Part shown: positions 24,544 through 38,358 of the stretch, piece after piece
How positions within the stretch are numbered: the stretch's first letter is position 1
Layout: each line of letters starts with the position of its first letter
Origin: Octopus sinensis
Taxonomy: Eukaryota
Assembly: GCF_006345805.1 (NCBI RefSeq)
Contig: NC_043005.1
Location: forward strand, 85,932,001 to 85,996,000
Direction of reading: 5' to 3'
DNA: 64,000 nucleotides
Made by a program: the position numbers and the translations under genes
Notes under the pieces: model-generated
The model's database searches: none
What the model was told of the DNA's origin: nothing
The model's input: only the letters and a program-made list of their open reading frames with translations

Positions 24544-24588
24544 TTCCTTTATCGCTGTGTTTATGCCCCAACATGGCCTTGCAACAAC
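24305..24588 (+). mobile_element. SINE group B, partial
   Basis: CCAACCACATGGTTCCAGGTTCAG...CTACTATAGCCTC, then internal TA/TG repeat. Confidence 0.75.
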
Positions 24589-24607
24589 CTTAATTTGAGA
24601 CTGTCGG

Positions 24608-24710
24608 GTACTTAGCCACTTGCGCGTTAATTTTATGAGCAGGCTACTCTGTTGATGGAATTCACTGGAACACGCATCGTCGTAACCGACGGAGTGCCAG
24701 ATTTCTTGCA
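24608..24710 (+). mobile_element. SINE group C tail fragment
   Basis: TACTTAGCCACTTG...CGTCGTAACCGACGGAGTGCCA. Confidence 0.75.
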
Positions 24711-24819
24711 AGCACGATTCAAGGTTTGGTCTGTTTTACTACGAGAACACAGGTATAACAATATACACCGCAACTGAGAGAACACACCTGTCTCAAATTC
24801 CCAATGAAAGCTTTTTCAA

Positions 24820-25035
24820 ATATTGGTTTCAACTTTTGACACAGGGCCAGCAGTTTGGGGGTGAGGTATGTCGATTACATCGACTCCAGTATTCAACTGG
24901 TATTTATTGTTATGACCCTGAATGGGTGAAAAGCAAAGTCGACTTCGACGACATTTGAAACCAGAACCTGAAGACGGACGATTTTCCGCCAAGTATTTCG
25001 GCGACGTGTTAACGATTCTGCTAGTTCGACGTCTT
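24820..25035 (-). mobile_element. Group A SINE, alternative tail
   Basis: GTCGATTACATCGAC, AAAGCAAAGTCGAC, TAACGATTCTG. Confidence 0.75.
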
Positions 25036-25946
25036 AAATATTGCTTAGATATTCACACTAGTTTTAGGCATTTTATTGTCCACACGCGTGTTGTAGGAAA
25101 AAGACTAGAAGTTATATTGGTTATAGAGAATTTATTACAGTGTGCCAGAGAAATTCGTCCTGTATTTTATGTGGTCATCGGTATGACGCCCATAACGTTG
25201 GGCGGATTTTAATGGCGGTTTCATATTGAAATTTTATCGTTTTATTTAGTTACCATTATCATTTGGAATGGTGAAAACTGTGGGATTGTTATTGAAACGT
25301 TTGCTTTCGCGTAAAATGTGTTTATATCGTCGCATCCTCAACAGTACCTGCTCATACATAGTGTGATAAGAAATGTTTCTGATGTATGATAAATATTGGC
25401 TTTAAATTTTCTCACGATATCATCAATTTCGGCGGGGGTGGGGTAAAGTCAGTTATATCGACTCCAATATTTGACAGGTACTTAACGTATTTGATGTCCT
25501 AAAACCTTAGGTTATGACTGTGTAAAAGAGATTACTACTATAATTATGTTGTAATTCCTTCGCTTATATGTATAACTTTATGTTATTACTGGTAATTATA
25601 AGCAATTTATTGCATCCACATCCGATATAAACATAACGTAGGTGATTGTTCACCAATAGATGTCAGCATACGTTCTGTAAATATACATACCACTTCGAGC
25701 TTACATTATGTTTATTGGACGGGGGGGGGGGGCTCTAAAGCCATTTTGGAGTAAGAAAAAAAGGTGCGTCCTATAAGCCATTAAATAAGATATTCTACCG
25801 ACCACGAGAGGATGAGTGATTAAGTCGATCTCGGTAGAATTTGAACTCAGAACGAAAATACAGACGACATGCCGCTGTCCATTTTGTTCAGCATAGTAAC
25901 AACTCAGCCAATTCACTGCCTTATATCTGATAAATACTAAAAAAGG

Positions 25947-26056
<110 letters not shown>

Positions 26057-26102
26057 TTTTGGGATTTGGTTTCCAAGATTCTTTGTGTGTTAAAGCATAT
26101 TC

Positions 26103-26262
26103 TGTTGTGTCTGGGGAGAGTCATTTTCTTTTTGTGCCTTATTATGTAACACACTCACCGGTAGAGTCAAGACTATTCAAAAAGTTGCCAGACGCAACAA
26201 AAATTTGGTGAGTGTGTTAAATTATAAGGCACAAAAAGAAAATGACTCTCCCCCGGCACAAC

Positions 26263-26263
<1 letters not shown>
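26103..26263. repeat. 57-bp inverted repeat pair
   Basis: 26103-26159 vs 26207-26263, 53/57 identical. Confidence 0.9.
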
Positions 26264-26315
<52 letters not shown>

Positions 26316-26355
26316 GGACGCTAAATGATGATGATGATGATGATGACATACACAC

Positions 26356-26404
<49 letters not shown>

Positions 26405-26409
<5 letters not shown>

Positions 26410-26610
26410 ATCCCTCGCCATATCACGGCTCGCTTATCGCGCACTCACTACATCACAGATGTTTCTGGCTAATATATTTAAATTTATATCGCGGAATCCT
26501 CGGTGTACCTTGGGTTTCTGCGGCCGACAGTTATTTATTTTGCTTTTAATTTCTATTATTTCTTTGGTGGGCTTTCGAACGTAAAACCCGCGATAGTCGA
26601 GGGATTACTG
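26405..26610. mobile_element. Tigger/pogo-type MITE
   Basis: TIR core AGTAATCCCTCG at left, CGAGGGATTACTG then TA at right. Confidence 0.7.
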
Positions 26611-26818
26611 TATATACATGTAAACGTAAGTCAGAATATGCAGGAGGATATCTCTTGAGTAGTGAATACCATAGTGTTGCGTTTCTGATTTGTGGGGAGA
26701 TGAAATATGGGTGATCATGTGAAACACGGCTTAAAAATCTTGTTTTCGATATATATTCATTTTGTGATGTTACAATTGAAACTGTTTATGTATATGTGCA
26801 GAAGCGATATACATACAT

Positions 26819-27056
26819 AAGGCAGCAAGCTGGCAGAAACATTAGCACGCCGGGCGAAAATGCGTAGCCGTATTTCGTCTGCCGTTACGTTCTGAGTTCA
26901 AATTCCGCCGAGGTCGACTTTGCCTTTCATCCTTTCGGGGTCGATCAATTAAGTACCAGTTACGCACTGAGGTCGATATAATCGACTTAATCCGTTTGTC
27001 TGTCCTTGTTTGTCCTCTCTTTGTTTAGCCCCTTGTGGGTAGTAAAGAAATAGGTA
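26819..27056 (+). mobile_element. Full-length group A SINE monomer (near-consensus)
   Basis: Complete head to tail, ending AAAGAAATAGGTAT. Confidence 0.93.
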
Positions 27057-27565
27057 TATACATACATACATACATGCAATCACACACACACGTACACACA
27101 CACACATATATATAGATAAATGTATGTATGCGTCTGTGAGTCTGCGAGTCTCTATATGTTTTTCTGTGTGCTTGTATGCATACCACACCTGTGTGAATGT
27201 ATATTCAAACATGCTACATTCTATTTTAGAAAACTAGCTAGACGTATGAGATACAGCGCACGGAATTCAATTTTCCCTTGAAAAGAAGGATATATCAGAG
27301 CAGTCACAAACGAAGTTGTTTTTTGTGCTTCGCTTTGAAGCTAGATATCTTAGAAAAATCTCAGACTTAAATTGGGATACACGGTGACGATAAAATAATC
27401 ATAGCAACCAGCACGAAAACACATTAAATGTTTGAATCCTTAAGCTTTCCGAAAGAACATTTAACTGCAGAATTATTGGATTAAGCAGACACTATCTTTT
27501 GTGTTCGGTTTGCGTCAATAATTCACCTGTAATTGAGTACTTAAAATGGAACGATATATTTTTCT

Positions 27566-27623
<58 letters not shown>

Positions 27624-27719
27624 AAAAATATATTTCTTTAACGTTTTGCTAATACACAGTTTTAGGCATTCTGATATTAATGATGAAACTACGTAAATAA
27701 ATAAACGAGAAACAGTTTT

Positions 27720-27814
27720 GTTATTGCTAAATGTTATTGTTGTTACTATTGTTGTTATTATTATTGTAATCATCATCATTATTATCATCATCATCATCAT
27801 CATTATTATTATTA

Positions 27815-27867
<53 letters not shown>

Positions 27868-27920
27868 GTTATTATTATTATCATTATTGTTATTATTATT
27901 GTTGTTGTTATTATTACTAA

Positions 27921-27953
<33 letters not shown>

Positions 27954-28168
27954 CATTATTACTAATATTATTATTATTATTATTATCATTATTATCATCA
28001 TCATCATTATTATTATTATTATTGTTATTATTATTATTATTATTATCATTATTATTATCATCATCATCATTATTATTATTATTATTGTTATTATTATTAT
28101 TATTATTATCATTATTATTATCATCATCATCATCATTATTATTATTATTATTATTATTGTTATTATTA

Positions 28169-28240
<72 letters not shown>

Positions 28241-28340
28241 TAACATTATTATCATTATTAATATCATCATCATCATCATTATCGCGGACATTTTTGTTGT
28301 TGTTGTTGTTGTTGTTGCTGCTGCTGCTGCTGCTGGTGTT
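27720..28340. repeat. (ATT/ATC/GTT)n compound microsatellite
   Basis: Direct inspection. Confidence 0.95.
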
Positions 28341-28478
28341 GTTACTTTCTGGTTCAAACAGATTCTATGAAATTCAATTTTGTAAAGAAATCAACTCCTG
28401 ATGCTTCCATCCTTAGGGGGAAAACGGAATCATTTAATAGGCACAGGATGCCATTTCATATATTGATACTACTACTAC

Positions 28479-28522
<44 letters not shown>

Positions 28523-29085
28523 ATACTACTACTACTGCATTTGCTGCTAATGCTGTTGCTACTGCTGTTGCTGCTGCTGATATAGAGGGAATAACGGTGT
28601 TAAATGTTATCAAAGAGGATGGACCCCATTATCCTCATCTTCACTACCATTGCCATCATCAGCATCATGGCCACATCACCATCATCATCATCATCATCGT
28701 CATCACCATCACGTCATCGTCATCAGCATCGTCATCTTCAACGTCAATATTATTACCTCCCTGGTCATCGACATTATGAATACCCTTTTTCCCGATCCAC
28801 CCCCCACACACACACACACCTCACCGGCACGCAATATTTCCATCCATTCTTCATCTACAACTGTATTCCCAGTCGCCAAAACCCATCAGACTCCATACAA
28901 AGTCGAGTCAAGACATAACAGATCGTTCACGACTGGAAAATCTTTCTTTCCAAATACATTCTGCAATGGTCTTTTCTCCAAACGTTTTGCATTACGTCAT
29001 TCTCTTTCTCTGAGGTTGGTTTCATGCTTGGAGCGTCCCGTCCAAAAGAATCTCGTTGTTGCAATTCCGTTGCTTCATTTCTATA

Positions 29086-29880
29086 TTTTATTCTTTAATT
29101 GTTTTAGTGTTTTAGTCATAAGACTGCGGTCATGCAGGGGCACCGCTTTGAAAAAATTTTAGTCGAATGAATCGACCCCAGGACTTTTTAAAGCCAAGTA
29201 CTTATTCCATTGGTATCCTTTGTTGAATTGCTAGGTGACCGGCATATAAACACACCAACACCGGTTGTCAGGCACTCGTGGGGTACAAACACAGACAAAG
29301 AGACGCCCAGGCATACACAAACACACATGAACACACATACGTACATACATAACACATATATTACACGCACACACACATACGCACACGTACATGTGTATAT
29401 ATATTAGTTTCAATGTTCATCCAAGGCTGGGACCACGGGCTATACGTCTCCTGCCCAATTCAGGATCACAGCATATAGGTACACTGCAACGTAATTTCTT
29501 TTCCTCAACAGGCCCTGCCCTGTTTAACATTGTCTCGAAAGAGATCAAAGAGGAAAAGGATCCTATCTGGACAGATTTCGTCAAGGAATACCGGATAAGC
29601 CACCCATACCTGGATACAATTCACTCAACAAGATCTCACTACTTGAATGGACCATAAACAAAACTTGACTTAAACAGGATTTAGATAATCCTTTCAGGTG
29701 GTGCTATTAAGTTAGACATGGCCTGGACCAACCTTTGGTCGAAACATATCAAGTTTTATCTAAGTTATATATATATATATATATATACACGACGGGCTTC
29801 TTTCAGTTTCCGTCAACCAGACTTACTCACAAGGCTCAGATTGGTCCAAGGCAAAAGTAGAAGACACCTGCCCTAGGTGG
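29086..29880 (-). mobile_element. SINE group B split by an inserted LINE fragment
   Basis: Tail half about 29086-29300; head-side half 29789-29880. Confidence 0.8.
29404..29760 (+). mobile_element. CR1-like LINE 3' end
   Basis: GPALFNIVSKEIK / IPDKPPIPGYNSLNKISLLEW, then a 3' UTR GGTGGTGC...CATGGCC...GAAAC. Confidence 0.7.
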
Positions 29881-29948
29881 AAGGTAAAGATTTTGGACTT
29901 GGTAAGTTGACATCACTGAAGAATATCAGAGCCTCATGTCCCAGAGCT

Positions 29949-29999
<51 letters not shown>

Positions 30000-30099
30000 G
30001 ATACTTAATTAAACAGCATAAAATTGTCTTTGAGTGCAAAGATTACCCGATTTCCACAGCGTATAAATGACTAAGATCATAAAACTCCCTGAAACGAAA

Positions 30100-30480
30100 C
30101 ATTCTTTTCTACTCTAGGCACAAGGCCCAAACTTTTGGGGTAGTGGGCCAGTACGTAACTGGTACTCAATTTATCGACCCAGAAATGATGAAAGGCAAAG
30201 TCAACCTCGGTGGAATTTGAACTCAGAACGTACAGGCAAGAGAAATACCTATTTCTTTACTACCCACAAAGGGTTAAACACAGAGGACAAACAAGGACAG
30301 ACAAACGGATTAAATCGATTATATCGACCCCAGTGCGTAAATTGTACTTAGTTAATTCACCCCGAAAAGATGAAAGGCAAAGTCGACCTCGGCGGAATTT
30401 GAACTCAGAACGTAACGGCAGACGAAATACCGTTAAGCATTTCGCCCGGCGCGCTAACGTTTCTGCCAGCTCACCGCCTT
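30100..30480 (-). mobile_element. Group A SINE, tandem dimer
   Basis: Junction GAAATACC-TATTTC at 30242. Confidence 0.88.
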
Positions 30481-31040
30481 CCTGATACGAAACATTGCGA
30501 GGTACACGGCTAGCTATTTTGTGGGGAGGGGTCTAGTTAATTACATTAACTCCTGTACTCATCGAACCCGAAAGGATGAAGGGCAAATGTGACCGCGACG
30601 GGATTTGATCTCAGGACGTTAAGAACCGGAAGAAATGTGGCTAACCATTTTTTTCGACGCTCTAAAGATTCTGGCACCATTATTGACATTATGCTGCTAT
30701 TTATGCTTTGCTTTGTATTTCTTGAGAATCTGAATATTTCATTAGTATATGGTGTAGAGAAACTAGAAATAAGCGGATAGAATTCAATGTTTGTCCTTTT
30801 TCATAGCTCCTGTCGATATCTAATCGATGGTGAGCTCTGATAGACACTTTTTCGGATTTCTACGACAGCATTGTTGTATGCGGTCTGCTTCTCTTAAACT
30901 ATTTTGAATGTGGAAAGCACACACTATATCGGAGCGATGTGGTGTGTGGTATAATCGCTGTAGTGACTCAGATGGACGTTAAATACAAGTGTATGAAGAA
31001 ATTATATCTCTAGCTATTTCACACAATCATATCATCTAAC

Positions 31041-31203
31041 GATGTGTGAGTGGCTGTGTGGTAGGAAGCATGCTTCCCAACCACATGGTTCCGGGTTCAG
31101 TCCCACTGAGTGGCACTTTGGGAAAGTGTCTTCTACTATAGCCTCTGGCCGGCCAAAGCATTTTCAGTGGATTTGGTAGACAAAAGCTGAAAGAAACCCG
31201 TCG

Positions 31204-31248
<45 letters not shown>

Positions 31249-31476
31249 GTGTTTGTGTATGTGTGTGTGTGTGTACTTGTGTGTTTGTATTTGTACCCCG
31301 GCCATTGCTTCACAACCAATGCTGGTGTGTTTACTTCCCGTAACTTAGCGTTTCAGCAAAAGCGACCGATAAAATAAGTACTAGGCTTAGAACGAATAAT
31401 TCCTGCGATCGATTTGTTCGACCATAGGCGGTTCTCCATCATGGCCGCAGTCAATGACTGAAACAAATAAAAGAAT
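31041..31476 (+). mobile_element. SINE group B, full length
   Basis: All modules present. Confidence 0.9.
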
Positions 31477-31650
31477 ATTTTCATTCTTAATAGGTTTCGT
31501 TATATTCGAACATGAATATGCTAATCGCTGTTGCATCGGCGATGCGATGTGAGTTCAATGGTGAGAGGTGACAATGAATTACAGCAATGTTTCGATATAC
31601 TTTTGTCTCTTCAGTTAAAGCTCCCTCAAACCAGGATTGTAGTTTTTTAA

Positions 31651-32027
31651 CTTTTATCTTTTACTTGGTGGAGTCATTAGTATGTGGCCATGCTGGTGCA
31701 CCACCTCGAAGTATTTTTAGTTGAATGAATCGACTCCAGAACTTAGTTTAGTTTTTAAACCTGGTACTTTCTCCATCGGTCTCTTTTGACGAACCTCTAA
31801 ATTACGGAACGTAAACACACCAGCACCTGTTTTCAAAGAGATATGCACACACATACGACGAAAACGTTTTTTTATTTTCTGTTTCTGTCTACCAAATCCA
31901 CCCAAAAGGCATTGGTTGGCCCGAGGCTATGGTAGAAGACCCTTGCCCAAGGTATTATGCAATGGGAATGAAACCTGAACCCTGTAGCTTGGAAAACAAT
32001 TTCTACCAAACAGCCAAGCCTGCACCT
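31651..32027 (-). mobile_element. SINE group B, full length
   Basis: All modules present; very short internal repeat. Confidence 0.85.
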
Positions 32028-33398
32028 ATGATCAATTATTTTATAAACAAATTATATTTAACAAAACAATTTGCTAAGTAGATATTCAAATAAGTGTGTG
32101 GATATGTTGTCAGGTTAACAGGCGATCGACAAAGCATCTTGCTTCATGTATATCACACTTGAACAGTGACATGTACAGTTCCAAACTTTAAAACTATTTA
32201 GTAAATGAGGCATTGTATACTGATGTCGGTCGCTATATTCAGTGCATTTATTCAATCCACCATAACAATAGTCAATAATAAGTGTCGCTGCTGTAAGCAA
32301 GCCAAGCGCTATAGTTTCCACGAGTATTTCATTAGCGTATGTTGCCGAAGTTAGGTCTTTCTGTGTACGAAACTCCTCCATTATGAGCTGACAATATGAT
32401 CCACGTCCACCAATTATATAACCACCATACTAAAACTATCTCATTTTGAATGCTATAGAATTACAACTTGACTATATTTAATTGGTGTTACATACATATT
32501 TTCATTGAGGTGCATGGCCTGCAAAAGCAAGATTTAATTAATAGATCAATGACATTATCGATTCTGGAATAATTGAAACCTATGCAATGCAATGCCAGCT
32601 TGGTAACTTCGCCGAAAAACTGTTGATCATGTTAAGTTATCGTTACACAAGTCAGCGCCTGTAATCGACTTGCCAGCCAACTGTTATTACGTTTAGAATA
32701 TCATGTAAATGATAGGCATTGAATAATAAAGAATAATAACTATCAAGTGAAATATATCTTCGCCTATGCATAATTTGGACAGAAGTTTGATGTAGTATTA
32801 AGTTATACACAGGCCTGACAATATAAAGTCACATGTATGACTATCTTTGTCGAAATACAGAAAATATGATCATTAATATACAGAAGGAGAAATATATTTG
32901 AATATTGTTAAAGTAAGAACTGGGAAATATATTATTTATTTTTCTCTATTCATTGCTGTGTAAAGTCTATTGGTGTATAGTGGTTTCAAAATTTGGAACA
33001 AGGCCAGCAAGTTGTGGTGAGTGGATAAGTCGATTACACTGACCCCCAGTGCTCAACTGGTACTTATTTTATTGACCATAATAGGATGGGGGGATTTGAG
33101 ACCCAGAACGTAAAGACATGGGCAGCGATATGAACGAAGGGAAAGTCAAATACTTCAACCCCGGTGCTGCGAATGTGTGGCTTATTTGGAAAGCATTAAC
33201 ATTAGAAATAACACTAGGTTTTATAAATGTATTGGGCCTTATAAATGAAGTCTAGGCTTTTAAAATGAAAACTGAATGACAGAAGTCAATCTTAGAAATC
33301 CTTAACAAATGAAAACTCGAGCACGATTTCTCTAATACATTATCAAGAACAAAAGAGAAAAAAAGAATTGTAAAGGTTTGTCATATGACCAGCAAATT

Positions 33399-33562
33399 CG
33401 GGCTTTCAAAGAGTTTCCGTCTAACAAATCAAATCACAAGGCATTGCTCGGCCCGTGGTTATAATCGAAGATACTGACCTCAAAAGCCGCGCTGTGGGAC
33501 GAAACTCGAATCCCTGTGACTGCAAAAGCGAACTACTTAACCACACAGCCACATATACACCG
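33399..33562 (-). mobile_element. SINE group B head half
   Basis: GAGTTTCCGTC...TCGGCCCG...CCACACAGCCAC. Confidence 0.7.
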
Positions 33563-33823
33563 ATATCGATGCTGAAGCATATTTTTCAGTTCAAAGTATC
33601 AAGTAATTACTTTCATACATCCACATTTTGTCTCATCAAACCGAATTTCAAACGCCAGACTGTGCGTTTTCTTTTATAGTTTAGCAAAAATATTTTGATG
33701 TCAGTGTATTTTCATGTATGCAGCGACATACAAAACGCTGACACAACACTTTCTTTCTTTCTTTCTTTCTTTTCTTTTTTTCTTTCCTTTCCTTCCTGGT
33801 TTGTTAGTTTCTGCATTTTACAG

Positions 33824-33880
33824 ACTCGCAATTACGCTCGACCCCGAGGTGGCACCGGATTACATATTCTCGGATCTAAG
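33824..33880 (+). CDS. Candidate 57-nt internal exon of an unidentified gene
   Basis: Long pyrimidine tract, TTTTACAG acceptor, AAG|GTGAGT donor; two open frames (TRNYARPRGGTGLHILGSK or LAITLDPEVAPDYIFSDL). Confidence 0.45.
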
Positions 33881-34099
33881 GTGAGTGACCTCTTGTATTT
33901 CCTGTTCACCAGGTAGTTTACCAACGTTCTTCTGCGTCCGTCATCGTTTTGTTACCGTTGTTTACATGCCAAAGGAGGAACGAAGCCAAAGAAATACAGA
34001 GAAGAATTTGACAAGCAATGGATTAAATGTGTTAAAATCGTGTTATGAGGAGAGAAAGCAAACAAAAAGGTTACCTATGAATATATGGACTGATTTACA

Positions 34100-34473
34100 A
34101 TATGGCGATGATCATTTCGAAGACAATGATGCCGATAACGACGGAAGTGGTGGTGGAGGTGGTGGTGATGCTGATTGTTGCGGATTGTGAAGGGGATGTG
34201 GACGGTGGGGGAAGAGATTTCTGTGAAGAAATATATAAAAAGGAAAGGAAACTGGAATGCTTCTTTCGATGTTCAAGAATACAATTACAAGGAAGACGAC
34301 GATGGCGGAGGCGATGACAACAGTGATGATGATAAAAATGATGATGCCGATGATAATGATGACGGTGGTGTTGAAGATAGTGGTGGTGATGATGATGATG
34401 ATGATGATGATGGTGAAAGTTGTGTGGTACTTGCACCGTCGCACTCTGGATCAGGCCAATTCAGGTACATTAG

Positions 34474-34535
<62 letters not shown>

Positions 34536-34560
34536 AGCTACTACTACTATTACTTTCAAT
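34100..34560. repeat. (GAT/GGT)n and (CTA/CTG)n low-complexity block
   Basis: Direct inspection. Confidence 0.9.
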
Positions 34561-34629
34561 TTTGTTCAAATTCTTAATAGTTTCAATTTTTTAAAGAAGA
34601 AGGAGAAGAAGAAGACGAATGGTCACAAC

Positions 34630-34875
34630 ACAGCTACATGAAGGAATTGGTGAAGCTGAATAGATTCAAGTTGGGTGTTGGTCTGGGGGGGGGGTCAATC
34701 TCATCAGGGACACAAACGTTGTGAGCGTAATATGGGAATAGTGGAATGGACAAAGGAGGACTTGCTCAGTAGGAACAGAAGAGCTAGAAAAATAATGGTC
34801 AGACATTGATGTCTTCATACCTGAAGAAATATTGCAATGCTTTAACTACCAAGGAAAGATGGAAGAAAAAAGAAG
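34630..34875 (+). mobile_element. R4/Dong-clade LINE fragment
   Basis: GIVEWTKEDLLSRNRRARKIM...CLH....L*LPRKDGR matches the R4/Dong post-RT motif (GIVEWTKEEL..LDRKTRK...LHP....RLYLPRKEGGRGL). Confidence 0.75.
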
Positions 34876-36164
34876 TAAGAAACAAGAATAGAGTGTTTGC
34901 CGAGGAATTTGAGCATCACGCAAAAAATTTAGTTCGGGATTTGCTTTTGCTCTCTGCGTTTTAAATTCAAATTCCAAGAAAGCCAAACGTGCCTTTCATT
35001 TATTCGCGGTTGATAAAATAAAGTACTAGTGAAGAACTGTGGTCAGTTGTATCGATTATTCCACTTCTCAAAAACTGCTGGCCTTCTTCTAAGACGTCAA
35101 AGTCAAGGCCAGGTTTGCCTTTTAGCTGATTGGGGATGAAAAGAATAAAGTATCAGTCAAGTACGGAAGTCGATGGTTTCGGTTAGTGTCCAACTCTCAA
35201 AACTATTTGATTTGTACCTAAACCTGAAATTATTACTATTTCGACATCCATCGCAGCAGATTTTGCCAGTAATTTCTTCATAATCGTTGTTACCAACTCA
35301 AATATGCTTGAGGCCTATTCGAACTTGTAGAAAGGCCAGTCACGGTATTTAATGATGGCGAAAAACAGTCGCTGCTGACAAATAGGTATAAATTTATGAA
35401 GTTTGAAGCGTTGCGTAGCCAGATTGATGAATGAATGTATTTCGGTGTCATTACCTCCTCTTCAGGATCGAACAATAGAAAAACGAAGCGCTCCGAAATG
35501 ACAACAAATGACTAGGTCTTACTTATCATCTCCCAGTCAAGGTACTGTGACTGGTTGCACTAATTAGAAAACCGAAACGCCTTCCTTTCTAGAATTCTAT
35601 GGTGAAGAGGAGATAACCACTCTTAAAAAGCATGTGTACCTCGATATGAGTACCGGGTTCTCCGGACTGATTTGGAGTGTTTTTAGCATTTTGTCTACAG
35701 AAAGAATTTTTCTACATCACAAAATGAGTGAACGATTTTGTTACAGGTTCGAATTTGTCTCAAGATTATTTGAACTGGTGACAAGTGATTACTGGTACAC
35801 ATAATTACTTAACGCTTCTAATCCGATAGGTTAAAGAACCAGTTATGAATTAGGGCAGCTAGTTTCGATTATAACCTCTCCTGAAAACTGTTGGCTTCAT
35901 ACCTAATTTAGAAACCCAATATTATCTCATTTCTCCAACCAACAATAATGCCAACGTAACATTCCGATGCCTGATGAATGAGGTAGGAAGTTGTTTACTG
36001 GACGGCGACAGTGATGACGTCGCAGATAACAATAAGGAGAGATATAGTTCTCCAAAAACCTGCCAAGACACGTATAAACTATATGTTTATGCCTGGCTTT
36101 CATTGCTTTCCATCTCTATACTTATCTAATCATACAAGTACATACGCGCACGGAAACACGCACA

Positions 36165-36249
36165 GACACACACGCATACATACACCTGCGTATATATTTA
36201 CATATATATATATATATATATAAATAGAGAGAGAGAGAGAGAGAGAGAC

Positions 36250-36302
<53 letters not shown>

Positions 36303-36670
36303 CAAGAATATACGTATACTTACATATGCATGCATTCAAATATATTATGTATATATATATATATATTTACATACGCATGGATATATATATTTATGTGTGT
36401 GTGTGTATGTAAGTATGTACATATATATATATATGTACATATATATATATATATATGTACGGATGTATACATATATTAAATGTATTTATATTTATGTAAC
36501 TGTGTGTGTAATATCACTCTCTTCTCTCTCTCTCTCTCTCTGTCTATCTACGTTCTCATTCGTGTCTATGTGTATATCCGATATGCCTATATATACATAC
36601 ATACATACACACATAATACGTACATACATACATACATATATATATATATATACGCACATGTGCATGTAAA
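36165..36670. repeat. Mixed TA/GA/GATA/CATA microsatellites
   Basis: Direct inspection. Confidence 0.9.
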
Positions 36671-38074
36671 TGTATAGTAAACTCTGTTGCACACAGGATA
36701 TACTATAATAAGATATTCACACACGCATATTTCTATGAATATTGCATGAAATGTTTTGGCTGCTGACCAGAAATATAACAACATTTTGGGAAAAGCATCA
36801 ACGATAGTAAAAGAACCGAGCGAGTTTGGGGAGTACGAAGATGGTTTCGATAAAAATTAGCAGTGCAATTGCAGAAAAGCACATGCTTGCTCCTGCCAAT
36901 AGCAAAACTGTTAAAATATAATTAGATTTTGCTAAACGATGCTTGCGGCTCCGAAAAATATATTTGTATTTATATATTTATTCATTTATATATTTCATAT
37001 TCGCCTTAATATGAAGGTAAAAATTCGAGCTGGAAATAAACATACAACACTATTAAATGTATTTAAAATAAATATATACATTTAAAGAACCTTCGCTGAA
37101 CTAAGTTGACGAATGTTCAAACCCTAGGCTTAACTGCAATTGGTCTGGTAATTTTTATCTTTTCTAATATTGATTTTGTAAGATTTAAATACGTTATCTT
37201 ACGAATTTCTTTCATTTATTTTTGTATCATGTAATTTCGCATAACATTTCGAGATGGAAAAGTTCCTGCCTCTGGCCTCTTTTTTGCATTGTAACATAGA
37301 ATCATGTGTTATTCGGATGGTCACGGAAATAGCGCTATATAAATATTTCACACTGCAAATAGGAAACACTTTATGCTTATTTATAAATATTTAATTAAGT
37401 AGGTGTATGTGTATGATTGTGTCTGTGTATATGCCCGTGTATACGCGTATGCGTGCCTGATTATCTGTGTATGTGCATGCGTTTCAATTCTACAAATGCA
37501 AACTAGTAAGAAAGTGCACATTAAATTGGGAATCTGTTTCAAGTATTTGTAGAAAATGTGCGACTCAGGCCATACTGTAGTTATTCAGAGTTCCACTTTC
37601 AGCTGATGGCTGAGCCCTAATTCTGAGAAAGACAGTTCTACAATGTCTTGCTGATGAAATTACATAAATGATTTATTTATATTGATCAAATATAGGAGCG
37701 GTTTATTACCTCCAACAAATCGATCAGTTTTGAAGAGAGGTGCACAGTTTACCACATATCAGGGGTCGAAATGATGGCTGAAGAAACTGAGACGAAAAGC
37801 TTTAATCAAGGACTTTACGCATCACCCAAACCAGGAAATGAAACTACGACCTCGCATGCAGCAAAAGAGTTACTAGGCCATGCCTTTATATGCGTATGTG
37901 TGTATATACGTATACACACATATAGATGTATATACATATATTTTGAACGTGTCAGGCTTATAGAGGTATATACTCTATACCATCCTGTACGGGGTTTGTA
38001 TACACCACAGAAATCGGAACATCCGTTTTATGAGAATGTGGGTGCCGAAGGACCTTGGAAAATTTTTCTATAAC

Positions 38075-38113
<39 letters not shown>

Positions 38114-38358
38114 GTAGGTAAGTGTATGTGTGTGTGTGTGTGTGTATGTACATGTATATATGCTTTTTTTAATATTTAGGCGCAGGAGGTCTGTGGTCAA
38201 ATTCCGCCGAGGTCGACTTCGCCTTTCATCCTTTCGGGATCGATTAAATAAGTACCACTTACACAAGAGGGTCGATATAATTGACTTAATCCCTTTGTTC
38301 TTCCTTGTTTGTCTCCTCTATGTTCAGCCCACTGTGTACAATAACGAAATAAATATAT

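Noticed and set aside
28900-29060. Minus-strand FGRDAPS peptide, similar to a Tc1/mariner HTH segment
   Set aside because: Too short; no TIR or catalytic motifs nearby.
32115-32427. About 105 open codons on the minus strand with a hydrophobic stretch
   Set aside because: No recognisable family or convincing donor site; open frames of this length are expected by chance in 64 kb.
35568-35804. 78-codon ATG-less open frame (KTETPSFLEFY...)
   Set aside because: No homology recognised and weak splice signals.
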